A stretch of DNA of 24,000 bases from Pseudomonas indica NBRC 103045 (GTDB lineage Bacteria; Pseudomonadota; Gammaproteobacteria; Pseudomonadales; Pseudomonadaceae): contig NZ_BDAC01000005.1 in assembly GCF_002091635.1 (NCBI RefSeq), positions 245,606-269,605 of the forward strand, written 5' to 3'. Position numbers and translations under genes: made by a program. The notes under the pieces were generated by a model. The model saw only the letters and a list, made by a program, of their open reading frames with translations, was not told where the DNA came from and did not search any database. The first letter of the stretch is position 1. Every line of letters starts with the position of its first letter. Below, in pieces: positions 8,923-16,744 of the stretch.

Positions 8923-9926
8923 CAGTGATAGCCCTCGCCGACGTGGATCTTGCCGCGGAACACCCAGTAGCTGTAGACCGTGTAGCTCAGGATGATCGGC
9001 AGCAGGATAACCACGCCCACCAGGGTGAAGAGCTGGCTTTTCTCCGGCGCCGAAGCCTCCCAGATAGAAACCGACGGCGGCACGATGTTCGGCCACAGGC
9101 TGATGGCCAGCCCCAGATAAGACAGCACGATCAGCACCAGGGTCAGCACGAACGGCTGGACCTCCCGGTGCCGCACCACCGCCCGCACCAGCGCCAGCAT
9201 GGTCACCCCGACCAGGATCGGCACCGGCATGAAATAGAACAGGTTCGGCAGGCTGAACCAGCGTTCGGCGATGGCCGGGTGGGTCCAGGGTGTCCACAGG
9301 CTGACGATGGCGATGGCCGCCAGCAGCAGGCAGGCCAGCGGCAGCATCAGCTTGAACATGCGCTGCTGCAGGTCGCCGGCGGTCTTCATGATCAGCCAGC
9401 CGCAACCGAGCATGGCGTAGCCGACGATCAGCGCCAGGCCGGTGAACAGCGGGAACGGCGACAGCCAGTCGAACGGCCCGCCGGCGAAGCGTCGTCCCTC
9501 CACCGGTATCCCGTCGATGAAGGCGCCGAGTACCACACCCTGGGCGAAGGTGGCGAGCACCGAGCCGCCAATGAAGGCGGCGTCCCACAGGTGTCGGGTG
9601 CGCTTGGCCTTGAAGCGGAACTCGAAGGCCACGCCCCGGAAAATCAGCGCCACCAGCATCAGGATCAACGGCATGTAGAGAGCCGTCAGCACCACCGAAT
9701 AAGCCAGCGGGAAAGCCGCGAAGAGACCGGCGCCGCCGAGCACCAGCCAGGTTTCGTTGCCGTCCCAGATCGGCGCCACGGTGTTCATCATCACGTCGCG
9801 GTTGTCCTTTTCCGGGATAAACGGAAAGAGGATGCCGATGCCCAGGTCGAAGCCGTCCATCACCACGTACATGAAAATGCCGAAGCCGATGATGGCGGTC
9901 CAGATCAGCGGAAGGTCAATGTCCAT
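8922..9926 (-). CDS. cioB: Cyanide-insensitive (bd-type) quinol oxidase subunit II
   Basis: 334-aa ORF with a CydB-family N-terminus (MDIDLPLIWTAIIGFGIFMYVVMDGFDLGIGILFPF...APIWDGNETWLVLGG). Its size matches CioB (about 335 aa) rather than E. coli CydB (379 aa). Its start overlaps the cioA end by 11 nt. Confidence 0.9.
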   Translation of the reverse strand: MDIDLPLIWTAIIGFGIFMYVVMDGFDLGIGILFPFIPEKDNRDVMMNTVAPIWDGNETWLVLGGAGLFAAFPLAYSVVLTALYMPLILMLVALIFRGVAFEFRFKAKRTRHLWDAAFIGGSVLATFAQGVVLGAFIDGIPVEGRRFAGGPFDWLSPFPLFTGLALIVGYAMLGCGWLIMKTAGDLQQRMFKLMLPLACLLLAAIAIVSLWTPWTHPAIAERWFSLPNLFYFMPVPILVGVTMLALVRAVVRHREVQPFVLTLVLIVLSYLGLAISLWPNIVPPSVSIWEASAPEKSQLFTLVGVVILLPIILSYTVYSYWVFRGKIHVGEGYH

Positions 9927-11364
9927 CGCGGTCGCTCCTCACATCCTGACGCTCGTCGTCCTCGATATCCGGCTCGGCGCCCGACAGCGGACGCATCGGG
10001 TGGCGGGTATGGCCGGGGCCGGAATCCTCCGGCGTGGGAATTTCGCCGATCTCCTGCGGGCCCTTGCGCATCAGGCGCAGCAGGTAGGTGATGCCGACGC
10101 CGAACACCATGATGTAGGCCACCACGAAGATGCCGAGCGATACGCTCATCTGCCCCACCCCGTGGTCCGACACCGCATCGGAGGTGCGCAGCAGACCATA
10201 GACCACCCAGGGCTGGCGGCCGACCTCGGTGGTAATCCAGCCAGCCAGCAACGCCAGCAGCCCCGACGGGCCGAGCAGCAGGACGAAGCGGTGGAAAACC
10301 GGTGAGTCGTACAGGCGGCCGCGCCAGCGCAGGTAGCCGCCGATCAGCCCGGCGAGGATCATCAGCAAGCCGAGCCCAACCATGACCCGGAAGCTCCAGA
10401 ACACGATCAACGAGTTGGGCCGGTCCTCCTTGGCCCACTCCTTCAATCCGCGAATCTCGCCCTCCCAGTCGTGGGCCAGGATCAGGCTGCCGAGCCGGGG
10501 GACGCCCACCGCATAGCGGGTGGTCTCCGCCTCCATGTCCGGCAGGCCGAACAGCAGCAGCGGCACGCCGCGCCCGGTTTCCCAGTGGCCCTCGATGGCG
10601 GCGATCTTCGCCGGCTGGTGTTCCAGTGTGTTGAGCCCGTGCAGGTCGCCGACCACCGCCTGCACCGGCGCCACCAGTAGCGCCATCCACATGGCCATGG
10701 AGAACATCATGCGGATGCCCGGTTCCTCGCTGCGCCCCTTGAGCAGGTGCCAGGCGGCAGTGGCGCCGACGATGAAGGCGGTGCTGATGAAGGCGGCGAT
10801 CGCCATGTGGGCGAGACGGAACGGGAACGAGGGATTGAAGACGATCTGCAGCCAGTCCACTGGCCGGAACACCCCGTCCACCAGTTCGTGGCCCTGGGGC
10901 GTGTGCATCCAGCTATTCGACGAAAGGATCCAGAAGGTCGAGATCAGCGTGCCGATGGCCACCATCAGCGTGGCGAAGAAGTGCAGCCCCCGGCCCACCC
11001 TGTTCCAGCCGAACAGCATGATCCCGAGGAAGCCCGCCTCGAGAAAGAACGCAGTGAGCACCTCGTAGGTCAGCAGCGGCCCCATGATCGCCCCGGCACT
11101 CTCCGACAGACCAGCCCAGTTGGTGCCGAACTGATAGCTCATGACCACCCCGGACACCACGCCCATGGCGAAGGTGACGGCGAAGATCTGCAGCCAGAAG
11201 CGGTAGAGCTGGCGATAGACCTCCTTGTGGGTGCGCAGCCAGAGCCCTTCCAGCACCGCCAGGTAGCTGGCCAGGCCGATGCTGAACGCCGGGAAAATAA
11301 TGTGGAACGAGATGGTGAAGGCGAACTGGATTCGCGCGAGTTCGAAAGCGTCCAGACCGAACAT
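9916..11364 (-). CDS. cioA: Cyanide-insensitive (bd-type) quinol oxidase subunit I
   Basis: 482-aa ORF with a CydA-family N-terminus (MFGLDAFELARIQFAFTISFHIIFPAFSIGL). The length is short, consistent with the short Q-loop CIO subgroup. An SD ggggga lies upstream of the ATG. Confidence 0.9.
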   Translation of the reverse strand: MFGLDAFELARIQFAFTISFHIIFPAFSIGLASYLAVLEGLWLRTHKEVYRQLYRFWLQIFAVTFAMGVVSGVVMSYQFGTNWAGLSESAGAIMGPLLTYEVLTAFFLEAGFLGIMLFGWNRVGRGLHFFATLMVAIGTLISTFWILSSNSWMHTPQGHELVDGVFRPVDWLQIVFNPSFPFRLAHMAIAAFISTAFIVGATAAWHLLKGRSEEPGIRMMFSMAMWMALLVAPVQAVVGDLHGLNTLEHQPAKIAAIEGHWETGRGVPLLLFGLPDMEAETTRYAVGVPRLGSLILAHDWEGEIRGLKEWAKEDRPNSLIVFWSFRVMVGLGLLMILAGLIGGYLRWRGRLYDSPVFHRFVLLLGPSGLLALLAGWITTEVGRQPWVVYGLLRTSDAVSDHGVGQMSVSLGIFVVAYIMVFGVGITYLLRLMRKGPQEIGEIPTPEDSGPGHTRHPMRPLSGAEPDIEDDERQDVRSDRDGH

Positions 11365-11660
11365 GAATCATCCCCCAGGTGGCGAAACGCCGGGCGCTGG
11401 CGACGGGCCAGGCGCTCCAGGTGGCAGGGCGCGATCAGCCGGCATCCGATCCGCTGCGGCGAACAGCCGCCGATCCTGGCCAACCCATACCCTGGGTTAT
11501 GACGGGCAAGCCTGGGCAAAGTTTCTCCCTTACGTGTCTGCGCAACGCCATCCGGCGACACGCCCTGAACTACCGCAAGCGGGTGCGATCCACTCTTTCA
11601 AGGGCCGCTTCCGTGGCCCAGCGTTGCCGTGATTCAAAAAAGACCGTGAAAGGAGACGAC

Positions 11661-12131
11661 ATGAAAGACGCAATCGAACTGCTCATCAGCGATCACGAGA
11701 AGGTCCGCGGCCTCCTGGAAGAACTCAGCCAGACCACCGACCGCGCCGAGAAGAAGCGCCAGGATCTGCTGCAGAAAATCGAAATGGAACTGCACGTCCA
11801 CACCACCATCGAGGAAGAAATCTTCTACCCCGCCTTCCGCGACGCCGGCACCAAGGAGGACAAGAAGATGTTCTTCGAAGCCGTCGAGGAACACCGCGCC
11901 GTCGAGGCCCTGGTCGTGCCGGACCTGAAGAAGACGTCGCCGAGCGAAACCGCCTTCGCCGGTCGGGTCAAGGTCCTCAAGGAGCTGGTCGAGCACCACG
12001 TGCAGGAAGAGGAGCAATCGATGTTCCCCCGCGCCCGCGAACTGTTCGGCAAACAGCAGTTGCAGGAGCTGGGCGAGCGGATGGAGAACCGCAAGAAGGA
12101 ACTGATGCGCGAGCAGCGCAAGGCTGCCTGA
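11661..12131 (+). CDS. Hemerythrin (HHE cation-binding) domain protein
   Basis: ATG 11661 is preceded by a strong SD (aaaggaga). The 156-aa product has His/Glu ligand spacing typical of hemerythrin-like domains (LISDHEKV, HVHTTIEEEIFYP, EEHRAVE, VEHHVQEEE). The longer track ORF (from 11379) has an implausible Arg/Pro-rich extension. Confidence 0.85.
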   Translation: MKDAIELLISDHEKVRGLLEELSQTTDRAEKKRQDLLQKIEMELHVHTTIEEEIFYPAFRDAGTKEDKKMFFEAVEEHRAVEALVVPDLKKTSPSETAFAGRVKVLKELVEHHVQEEEQSMFPRARELFGKQQLQELGERMENRKKELMREQRKAA

Positions 12132-12149
12132 TCCGCCCGATGCCGGGCG

Positions 12150-12207
12150 CTGCGGGCCGGACCCGATGTTCGGCCCGCAGCCTGGTCCGCGTCGTCGGCA
12201 CGACGAC
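12150..12207 (+). terminator. Two tandem GC-rich hairpins after the hemerythrin gene (probable terminator region)
   Basis: The first hairpin has a 10-bp stem (ctgcgggccg at 12150-12159, cggcccgcag at 12171-12180). The second has a 7-bp stem (gtcgtcg at 12191-12197, cgacgac at 12201-12207). Neither has a good U-tract. Confidence 0.4.
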
Positions 12208-12554
12208 CCGACAACCACCGATACCACTCATCCGCCTGGCACGAACTATCGCTGGTACGGTCGTTCGACTGATCGAGTGGCCGCTTTCCCTGCGAGCCCT
12301 CGACCGAAGCCCGCTCGCCGGTGCTCCGGTGGTTCCGTGATCACGCATGAGGAGTTGCCGTCATGTCCGTCGTCGATAGAAACGAAGTCGAGCCCCTGAT
12401 CCCCAGCAGCCATGGCGGAGGCATCGCCGTCGCCACCGCCCGCCTGCCGCGCCACATGGTCCGGCCCGCGTTGCAGGTGATCGCGGGAGCGCTTCGTCCA
12501 CGGCTCTCCCAACCCTGAACGCAACGGCCCCATCCGCAACCCTTGGGAGCAATC

Positions 12555-13724
12555 ATGAAGAAACTATCGAGTCTGCTAGATGCAAAGGGGTACCCGCTCG
12601 AGAAACAGAAGTTCACCTGGAAGGACCTGACCGGCAAGCCCATCAGCAAGCTGGATGACGATGCCTTCACCCGGGTGCGGGTCATCCTGATGAACGGCAT
12701 CGAGAACGATGCCTTGCGCCTGAAGCACATCGGCGCGCGCATGAACCGCGAGCTGCGCCTGCCGCTGGCGGAAGTGCGGCGGGTCGAGCACTTCCAGGCC
12801 ACCATGGTCAATTGGCTGCTGTCCGCCGACCATTCGCCGATCGAAACCACCATCGCCTACGAGCAGGTGGCCATCGAAGTGACCGCCGCGGTCGCCCAGA
12901 CCGAGCCCGATCCCTACCAGGCCCAGACCTACCGCTACGGCCTGCTGGAGGATTTCGACCACCTCTACCGCTATTCCGCCCTGCTCGACCGGGTAGAGGG
13001 CAAGGACGCCAACAACATCCTCCAGGGCTATACCGACATCGTCCCCGGCCGCCGCACCGCCCTGGAATTCCGCGCTCCCGAGGACGACCTGCGGGAGAAC
13101 TACGACAAAGAGAACGCCGCACTGATCACCAAGATCCACGCGGCGATGATCACCGCGGCGGAATACCAGACCCACGACTACTACATGAACATCGGTCCGA
13201 CCTTCGCCGACCCGATTGCGCGCCAGCTCTACGCCGAGATCGCCTCGGTGGAAGAGCAGCACGTGACCCAGTACGGCTCGCTGCAGGACCCGGACGAGAG
13301 CTTCCTGGAGAAATGGCTGATCCACGAGGCCATGGAGGTCTACAACTACCACGGCTGCGCCGAGCAGGAGCCGAACCCGCGGGTCAAGGCGATCTGGGAG
13401 CGCTTCCTGGACTACGAGCTGGGCCACCTGAACTTGGTCTGCGAGCTGTTCAAGAAATACGAACGGCGCGACCCGGAAGAAGTGCTCGGCGGCGAGTTGC
13501 CGGCGATGGTGGAGTTCAAGAGCCAGCGCGATTTCGTGCGCAAGGTGCTTGCCGAAGAAGTCGACCTGCGCAGCAAGGGCACCGAATACGTCCCGCTGAA
13601 GCAGGAAAGCAAGGCGAGCATCGCCTACCGCGAACAGCTCAATTCCGAAGGGGTCGCCGCCGACATCGTCTCGGCCGGCTACACCTGGGCACCCGGCACC
13701 GAACTGGCACGCAAGCGCGCTTGA
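12555..13724 (+). CDS. Ferritin-like / rubrerythrin-like di-iron carboxylate superfamily protein of unknown function
   Basis: ATG 12555 is preceded by an SD (gggag). The 389-aa acidic product carries repeated E...ExxH type motifs (AAEYQTHDYY, SVEEQHVTQY, LIHEAMEVY, DYELGHLNLV). I recognise no specific family name. Confidence 0.75.
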   Translation: MKKLSSLLDAKGYPLEKQKFTWKDLTGKPISKLDDDAFTRVRVILMNGIENDALRLKHIGARMNRELRLPLAEVRRVEHFQATMVNWLLSADHSPIETTIAYEQVAIEVTAAVAQTEPDPYQAQTYRYGLLEDFDHLYRYSALLDRVEGKDANNILQGYTDIVPGRRTALEFRAPEDDLRENYDKENAALITKIHAAMITAAEYQTHDYYMNIGPTFADPIARQLYAEIASVEEQHVTQYGSLQDPDESFLEKWLIHEAMEVYNYHGCAEQEPNPRVKAIWERFLDYELGHLNLVCELFKKYERRDPEEVLGGELPAMVEFKSQRDFVRKVLAEEVDLRSKGTEYVPLKQESKASIAYREQLNSEGVAADIVSAGYTWAPGTELARKRA

Positions 13725-13734
13725 GGAGGACAGC

Positions 13735-14457
13735 ATGCAGAACAAAGTGAAGACCGGCCTGAACATGACCGGGGCGCAGATGTCGCCCGACGACAGCGAA
13801 CGCATGCTCGACGCCGCCTTGTCGATCAAGCCCGACGTCAAGGGCACCACCAAGGGCATCGCCGAACAGCGCCGCCTGCGCGTGGTGGAATCCGACCAGG
13901 TGGGCTCGGTGCCGATTCCCGGCACGGCCAAGGGCATGATGAAGACCGCCATCAACAAGCTGATGGGCAAGCAGCCCGAAGTGCTCATCGACAAGCTCGG
14001 CGAACGCCTGGCCTTCGAGCGCTCGGGCACCCGCCTGTACGAAGCCCTGATCGCCAAGGCGGAAGCCCTGGACGGCACGCCGGAGGCGATGCTGCGCGAC
14101 CTGCGTCATTTCCAGAAGGAAGAGGCCGACCACATGCAGCTGGTGGTGGAAGCCATCGAACGCCTCGGTGCCGATCCGACCGCGCAGACGCCCTGCGCCG
14201 ACGTCACCGGCGTCGCCTCGATGGGCATCATGCAGGTCATCACCGACCCGCGTACCACCCTGTCGCAATCGCTCAACGCCATCCTCATGGCCGAGCTGAC
14301 CGATAACGCGGGCTGGGAGTTGCTCATCGAACTGGCGCGCCAGGCCGGCCAGACGGAAATCGCCGAAGCCTTCGGCAAGGCGCTGAAACAGGAGCAGCAC
14401 CATCTGGTCACCGTGCGTGCCTGGCTGGAGAAGGACCTGACCAGCCAATTGAGCTGA
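13735..14457 (+). CDS. Ferritin-like domain protein of unknown function
   Basis: 240-aa ORF that starts 10 nt after the previous stop. Its SD (gaggagga) spans that stop. Four-helix-bundle style motifs are present (LAFERSGTRLYEAL, EEADHMQLVVEAIERLG, AELTDNAGWELLIELA, LKQEQHHLVTVRAWL). Confidence 0.75.
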   Translation: MQNKVKTGLNMTGAQMSPDDSERMLDAALSIKPDVKGTTKGIAEQRRLRVVESDQVGSVPIPGTAKGMMKTAINKLMGKQPEVLIDKLGERLAFERSGTRLYEALIAKAEALDGTPEAMLRDLRHFQKEEADHMQLVVEAIERLGADPTAQTPCADVTGVASMGIMQVITDPRTTLSQSLNAILMAELTDNAGWELLIELARQAGQTEIAEAFGKALKQEQHHLVTVRAWLEKDLTSQLS

Positions 14458-14479
14458 GGCCGCCGGCCTTGTGTTCCTT

Positions 14480-14745
14480 GGGCGAATGAATTCGCCCCTA
14501 CAGAGGCAACCCAGCCGGGCCATAGGGATGTAGCCCGGCTAATCTGGATCGCGCTGCGCTTATCCGGGCTACGTCTGCCCGCAGGAGACACCGGGCTCCG
14601 CTCTTGTAGGAGCCAGCTCGGCTGGCGATTCGTGTGTTCGGCGATGCACCGAATCGCGAGCAGCGCTCGCTCCTACAGGGCAGGTGCAGGCCGATAAATT
14701 CACCCCCACGCCGAACTCCTGTAGGGGCGAATTCATTCGCCCGAC
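14480..14745. repeat. REP cluster B, with the same families as cluster A plus a GTAGCCCGG...CCGGGCTAC element
   Basis: gggcgaatgaattcgcccctacag lies at 14480-14503. gtagcccgg/ccgggctac arms lie at about 14530-14572. ttgtaggagccagctcggctggcgattcg lies at about 14604-14632. cgaatcgcgagcagcgctcgctcctacaggg lies at about 14650-14680. ctgtaggggcgaattcattcgcccgac lies at 14719-14745. Confidence 0.85.
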
Positions 14746-14832
14746 AGAGCCAAGCCGGCCAACGAACCCACCCATCCGGAACCAAACCCGCTCTCGCCTA
14801 TCCTCTATAGCGACGTTCCAGGAAGCGAAGCG

Positions 14833-15963
14833 ATGACGAATCTCCTTGACTGGCACACCTACATTTCCGTCGCCGGGCTCAACACACTGCTGGCGGCGAC
14901 CGTCACCCTGCTCGTCCTGAGCATCGCCGGACGCCTGTTGACGGCGGCCCTGCGGCGTATCGGCAAGAACTTCCTGTTCACCCGCGAACTGACCGCGCAC
15001 ATCGGCAAGCCGGTGCGCGTGCTGCTGCCCCTGCTCGGTTTGCAAGCGGTATGGAGTTCCGCCCCGGATGACCTGCTACTGATCGCACCGGCCCGGCACA
15101 TCACCTCCCTGGCCACCATCGCCGCCTTCACCTGGCTCGGCCTCCGTGCGGTGAAGGCCATCGAGCAGGTGATCGTGGTAAGCAACCCGGTGGACATCAG
15201 CGACAACCTGCGCGCCCGCCGCATCCAGACCCAGACCCGCGTACTGACCCGCAGCCTGAGCTTCTTCGTCCTGCTGTTCGGCGCCTCGACGATGCTGATG
15301 ACCTTCCCCGCCGCACGCCAGTTCGGCACCAGCCTGCTCGCCTCCGCCGGTCTGGCCGGGCTCGCTGCGGGCTTCGCGGCCAAGCCGGTGCTCGGCAATC
15401 TGATCGCCGGTCTGCAGATCGCCATTACCCAGCCGATCCGCCTGGACGACGTGGTGATCATCGAGAACGAGTGGGGCCGCATCGAGGAAATCACCGGCAG
15501 CTACGTGGTGGTGCGCATTTGGGACGACCGCCGGCTGGTGGTGCCCTTGCAGTACATCATCGAGCGGCCGTTCCAGAACTGGACACGGGTGTCGTCCGGC
15601 CTGACCGGCGCGGTGTTCATCTGGGTGGATTACTCGCTGCCGCTGGAGCCGCTGCGCGAGGAGCTGAAGCGGCTCTGCGCCGGGGTGCCGGAACTCTGGG
15701 ACGGCCGCGTCTGCGTGCTCCAGGTGACCGACGCCAGCGAGCGCGCCATGCAACTGCGCGTGCTGGTCAGCTCGCCCGACTCGTCACGCAACTGGGACCT
15801 GCGCTGCCACCTGCGCGAAAGCCTGATCGGCTTCGTCAGCCGGGAGTACCCGCATTGCCTGCCGCAACTGCGCGCCGACCTCAACGAAGGCTACAACCGC
15901 AAGGCCGAACCGGCCGCCCCGCGCGACGTGCAGAGCGAGGCGGAGCGACAACCGCCGGTGTGA
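14833..15963 (+). CDS. Mechanosensitive ion channel, MscS family
   Basis: 376-aa ORF with N-terminal TM helices. The conserved MscS pore and beta-domain region is present (AAKPVLGNLIAGLQIAITQPIRLDDVVIIENEWGRIEEITGSYVVVRIWDDRRLVVPLQYIIERPFQNWTR). Confidence 0.9.
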   Translation: MTNLLDWHTYISVAGLNTLLAATVTLLVLSIAGRLLTAALRRIGKNFLFTRELTAHIGKPVRVLLPLLGLQAVWSSAPDDLLLIAPARHITSLATIAAFTWLGLRAVKAIEQVIVVSNPVDISDNLRARRIQTQTRVLTRSLSFFVLLFGASTMLMTFPAARQFGTSLLASAGLAGLAAGFAAKPVLGNLIAGLQIAITQPIRLDDVVIIENEWGRIEEITGSYVVVRIWDDRRLVVPLQYIIERPFQNWTRVSSGLTGAVFIWVDYSLPLEPLREELKRLCAGVPELWDGRVCVLQVTDASERAMQLRVLVSSPDSSRNWDLRCHLRESLIGFVSREYPHCLPQLRADLNEGYNRKAEPAAPRDVQSEAERQPPV

Positions 15964-15966
15964 GGC

Positions 15967-16476
15967 TCAGGCGGTATCGACCGCCGCATCGGCCTGCTCC
16001 AGCAACTGCCGATGACAATGCGGCAGTCGCCCCAGGCCGTAGCGGGCCGCGGCGATGCGAATGCCGCTACGGTCGCCATCGAAGCGGGCCGTCTCGCTGA
16101 TCACCACCTGGCGGTCGCCCAGGCTCAACGCCCAGGCGAAGCACTGCACGCCTGCCGCCTCCTCGGTGTCGTCGTCGGCCACCCCGTTGTTGGCGATGGC
16201 GATGGTCCCGCCGCTGACCCGCAGCGCCCCCAGGGCCATTTCCCGGGCCACTTCCTCGCTGGTCAGGCCGAAGCGCTCGATGGTCTCGGGGCGCACGCCC
16301 AGGCAGCGCTGCTTCGCCTGCGGGGCGTACACCACGTAGCCGCTTTCCAGCACCGATCCGCAACCCGGTACGTCGGCCAGGAGGGAGGCCATCAAGCCCG
16401 CCGTGCAGGACTCGGCGGTGGTCAGGATCAGCTTCTGTTGCTTGAGGAATTCGACGACCTGTTCCGGGCTGTGCAT
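15967..16476 (-). CDS. CinA C-terminal-domain family protein (PncC-like nicotinamide-nucleotide amidohydrolase)
   Basis: Starting at the internal ATG 16476 gives a 169-aa product, MHSPEQVVEFLKQQKLILTTAESCTAGLMASLL...GYVVYAPQAKQRCLGV...ETIERFGLTSEEVAREMALGAL. The TTAESCT(A/G)G motif and the size match stand-alone CinA/PncC proteins. The upstream 57 codons of the track ORF are Gly/Pro-rich and unlikely to be coding. Confidence 0.8.
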   Translation of the reverse strand: MHSPEQVVEFLKQQKLILTTAESCTAGLMASLLADVPGCGSVLESGYVVYAPQAKQRCLGVRPETIERFGLTSEEVAREMALGALRVSGGTIAIANNGVADDDTEEAAGVQCFAWALSLGDRQVVISETARFDGDRSGIRIAAARYGLGRLPHCHRQLLEQADAAVDTA

Positions 16477-16744
16477 GGTGTTTCCGCTCCATTGGCTTGT
16501 CCTTTCATCGGAGCGGTGCCGCTGCGGCAAGTTCCAAGCCGAACGGCAGGCCTCGGCGGCAAACTTTTTCGGCGGTGCCGGGTCAGGATTTAAAGAGTCA
16601 ATCGCGGCCCCACCTCCCCCGGGGCCTGCCCTCTCGATTGTCGACACGATTCTGCGACGGTGCCATGCCGCTGCGAAGGAATGCTTGTAACCAAGGCCCG
16701 CGCGATTTAGGGCGGGTCACGACTGTAGGACTGGAGGTAATTCG

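Noticed and set aside
8812-9588. A 258-aa minus-strand ORF and the long plus-strand ORF 8925..10091, both overlapping cioB
   Set aside because: Both are off-frame relative to cioB and have Arg/His/Asp-rich nonsense composition. Only the last 36 codons of the 8812..9588 frame, downstream of the cioB stop, look genuine. I report those separately.
11624-11637. ANR/FNR-box-like TTGCC-gtga-TTCAA in the cioA/hemerythrin divergent region
   Set aside because: It matches only about 7 of 10 positions of TTGAT-N4-ATCAA. It lies about 25 nt from the hemerythrin ATG, too close for a class II site, and about 260 bp from cioA. I saw no better ANR or RoxR-type motif in 11365-11660.
12236-12252. Sigma-54-like TGGCAC (cctggcacgaactatcgctgg) upstream of the ferritin-like genes
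   Set aside because: The -12 element is wrong. At the N5 spacing it reads ATCG. A TCGC appears only at N6, and there is no TTGC. The GG-to-GC spacing is off by one, so this is probably a chance match.
16477-16744. Direct CGATT repeats around a GTCGAC palindrome (tcgattgtcgacacgattc) in the cinA-glgA divergent promoter region, as a possible regulator site
   Set aside because: The repeats are very short (5 bp), there is no dyad symmetry overall, and I could not tie them to any known motif. This is too weak to call.
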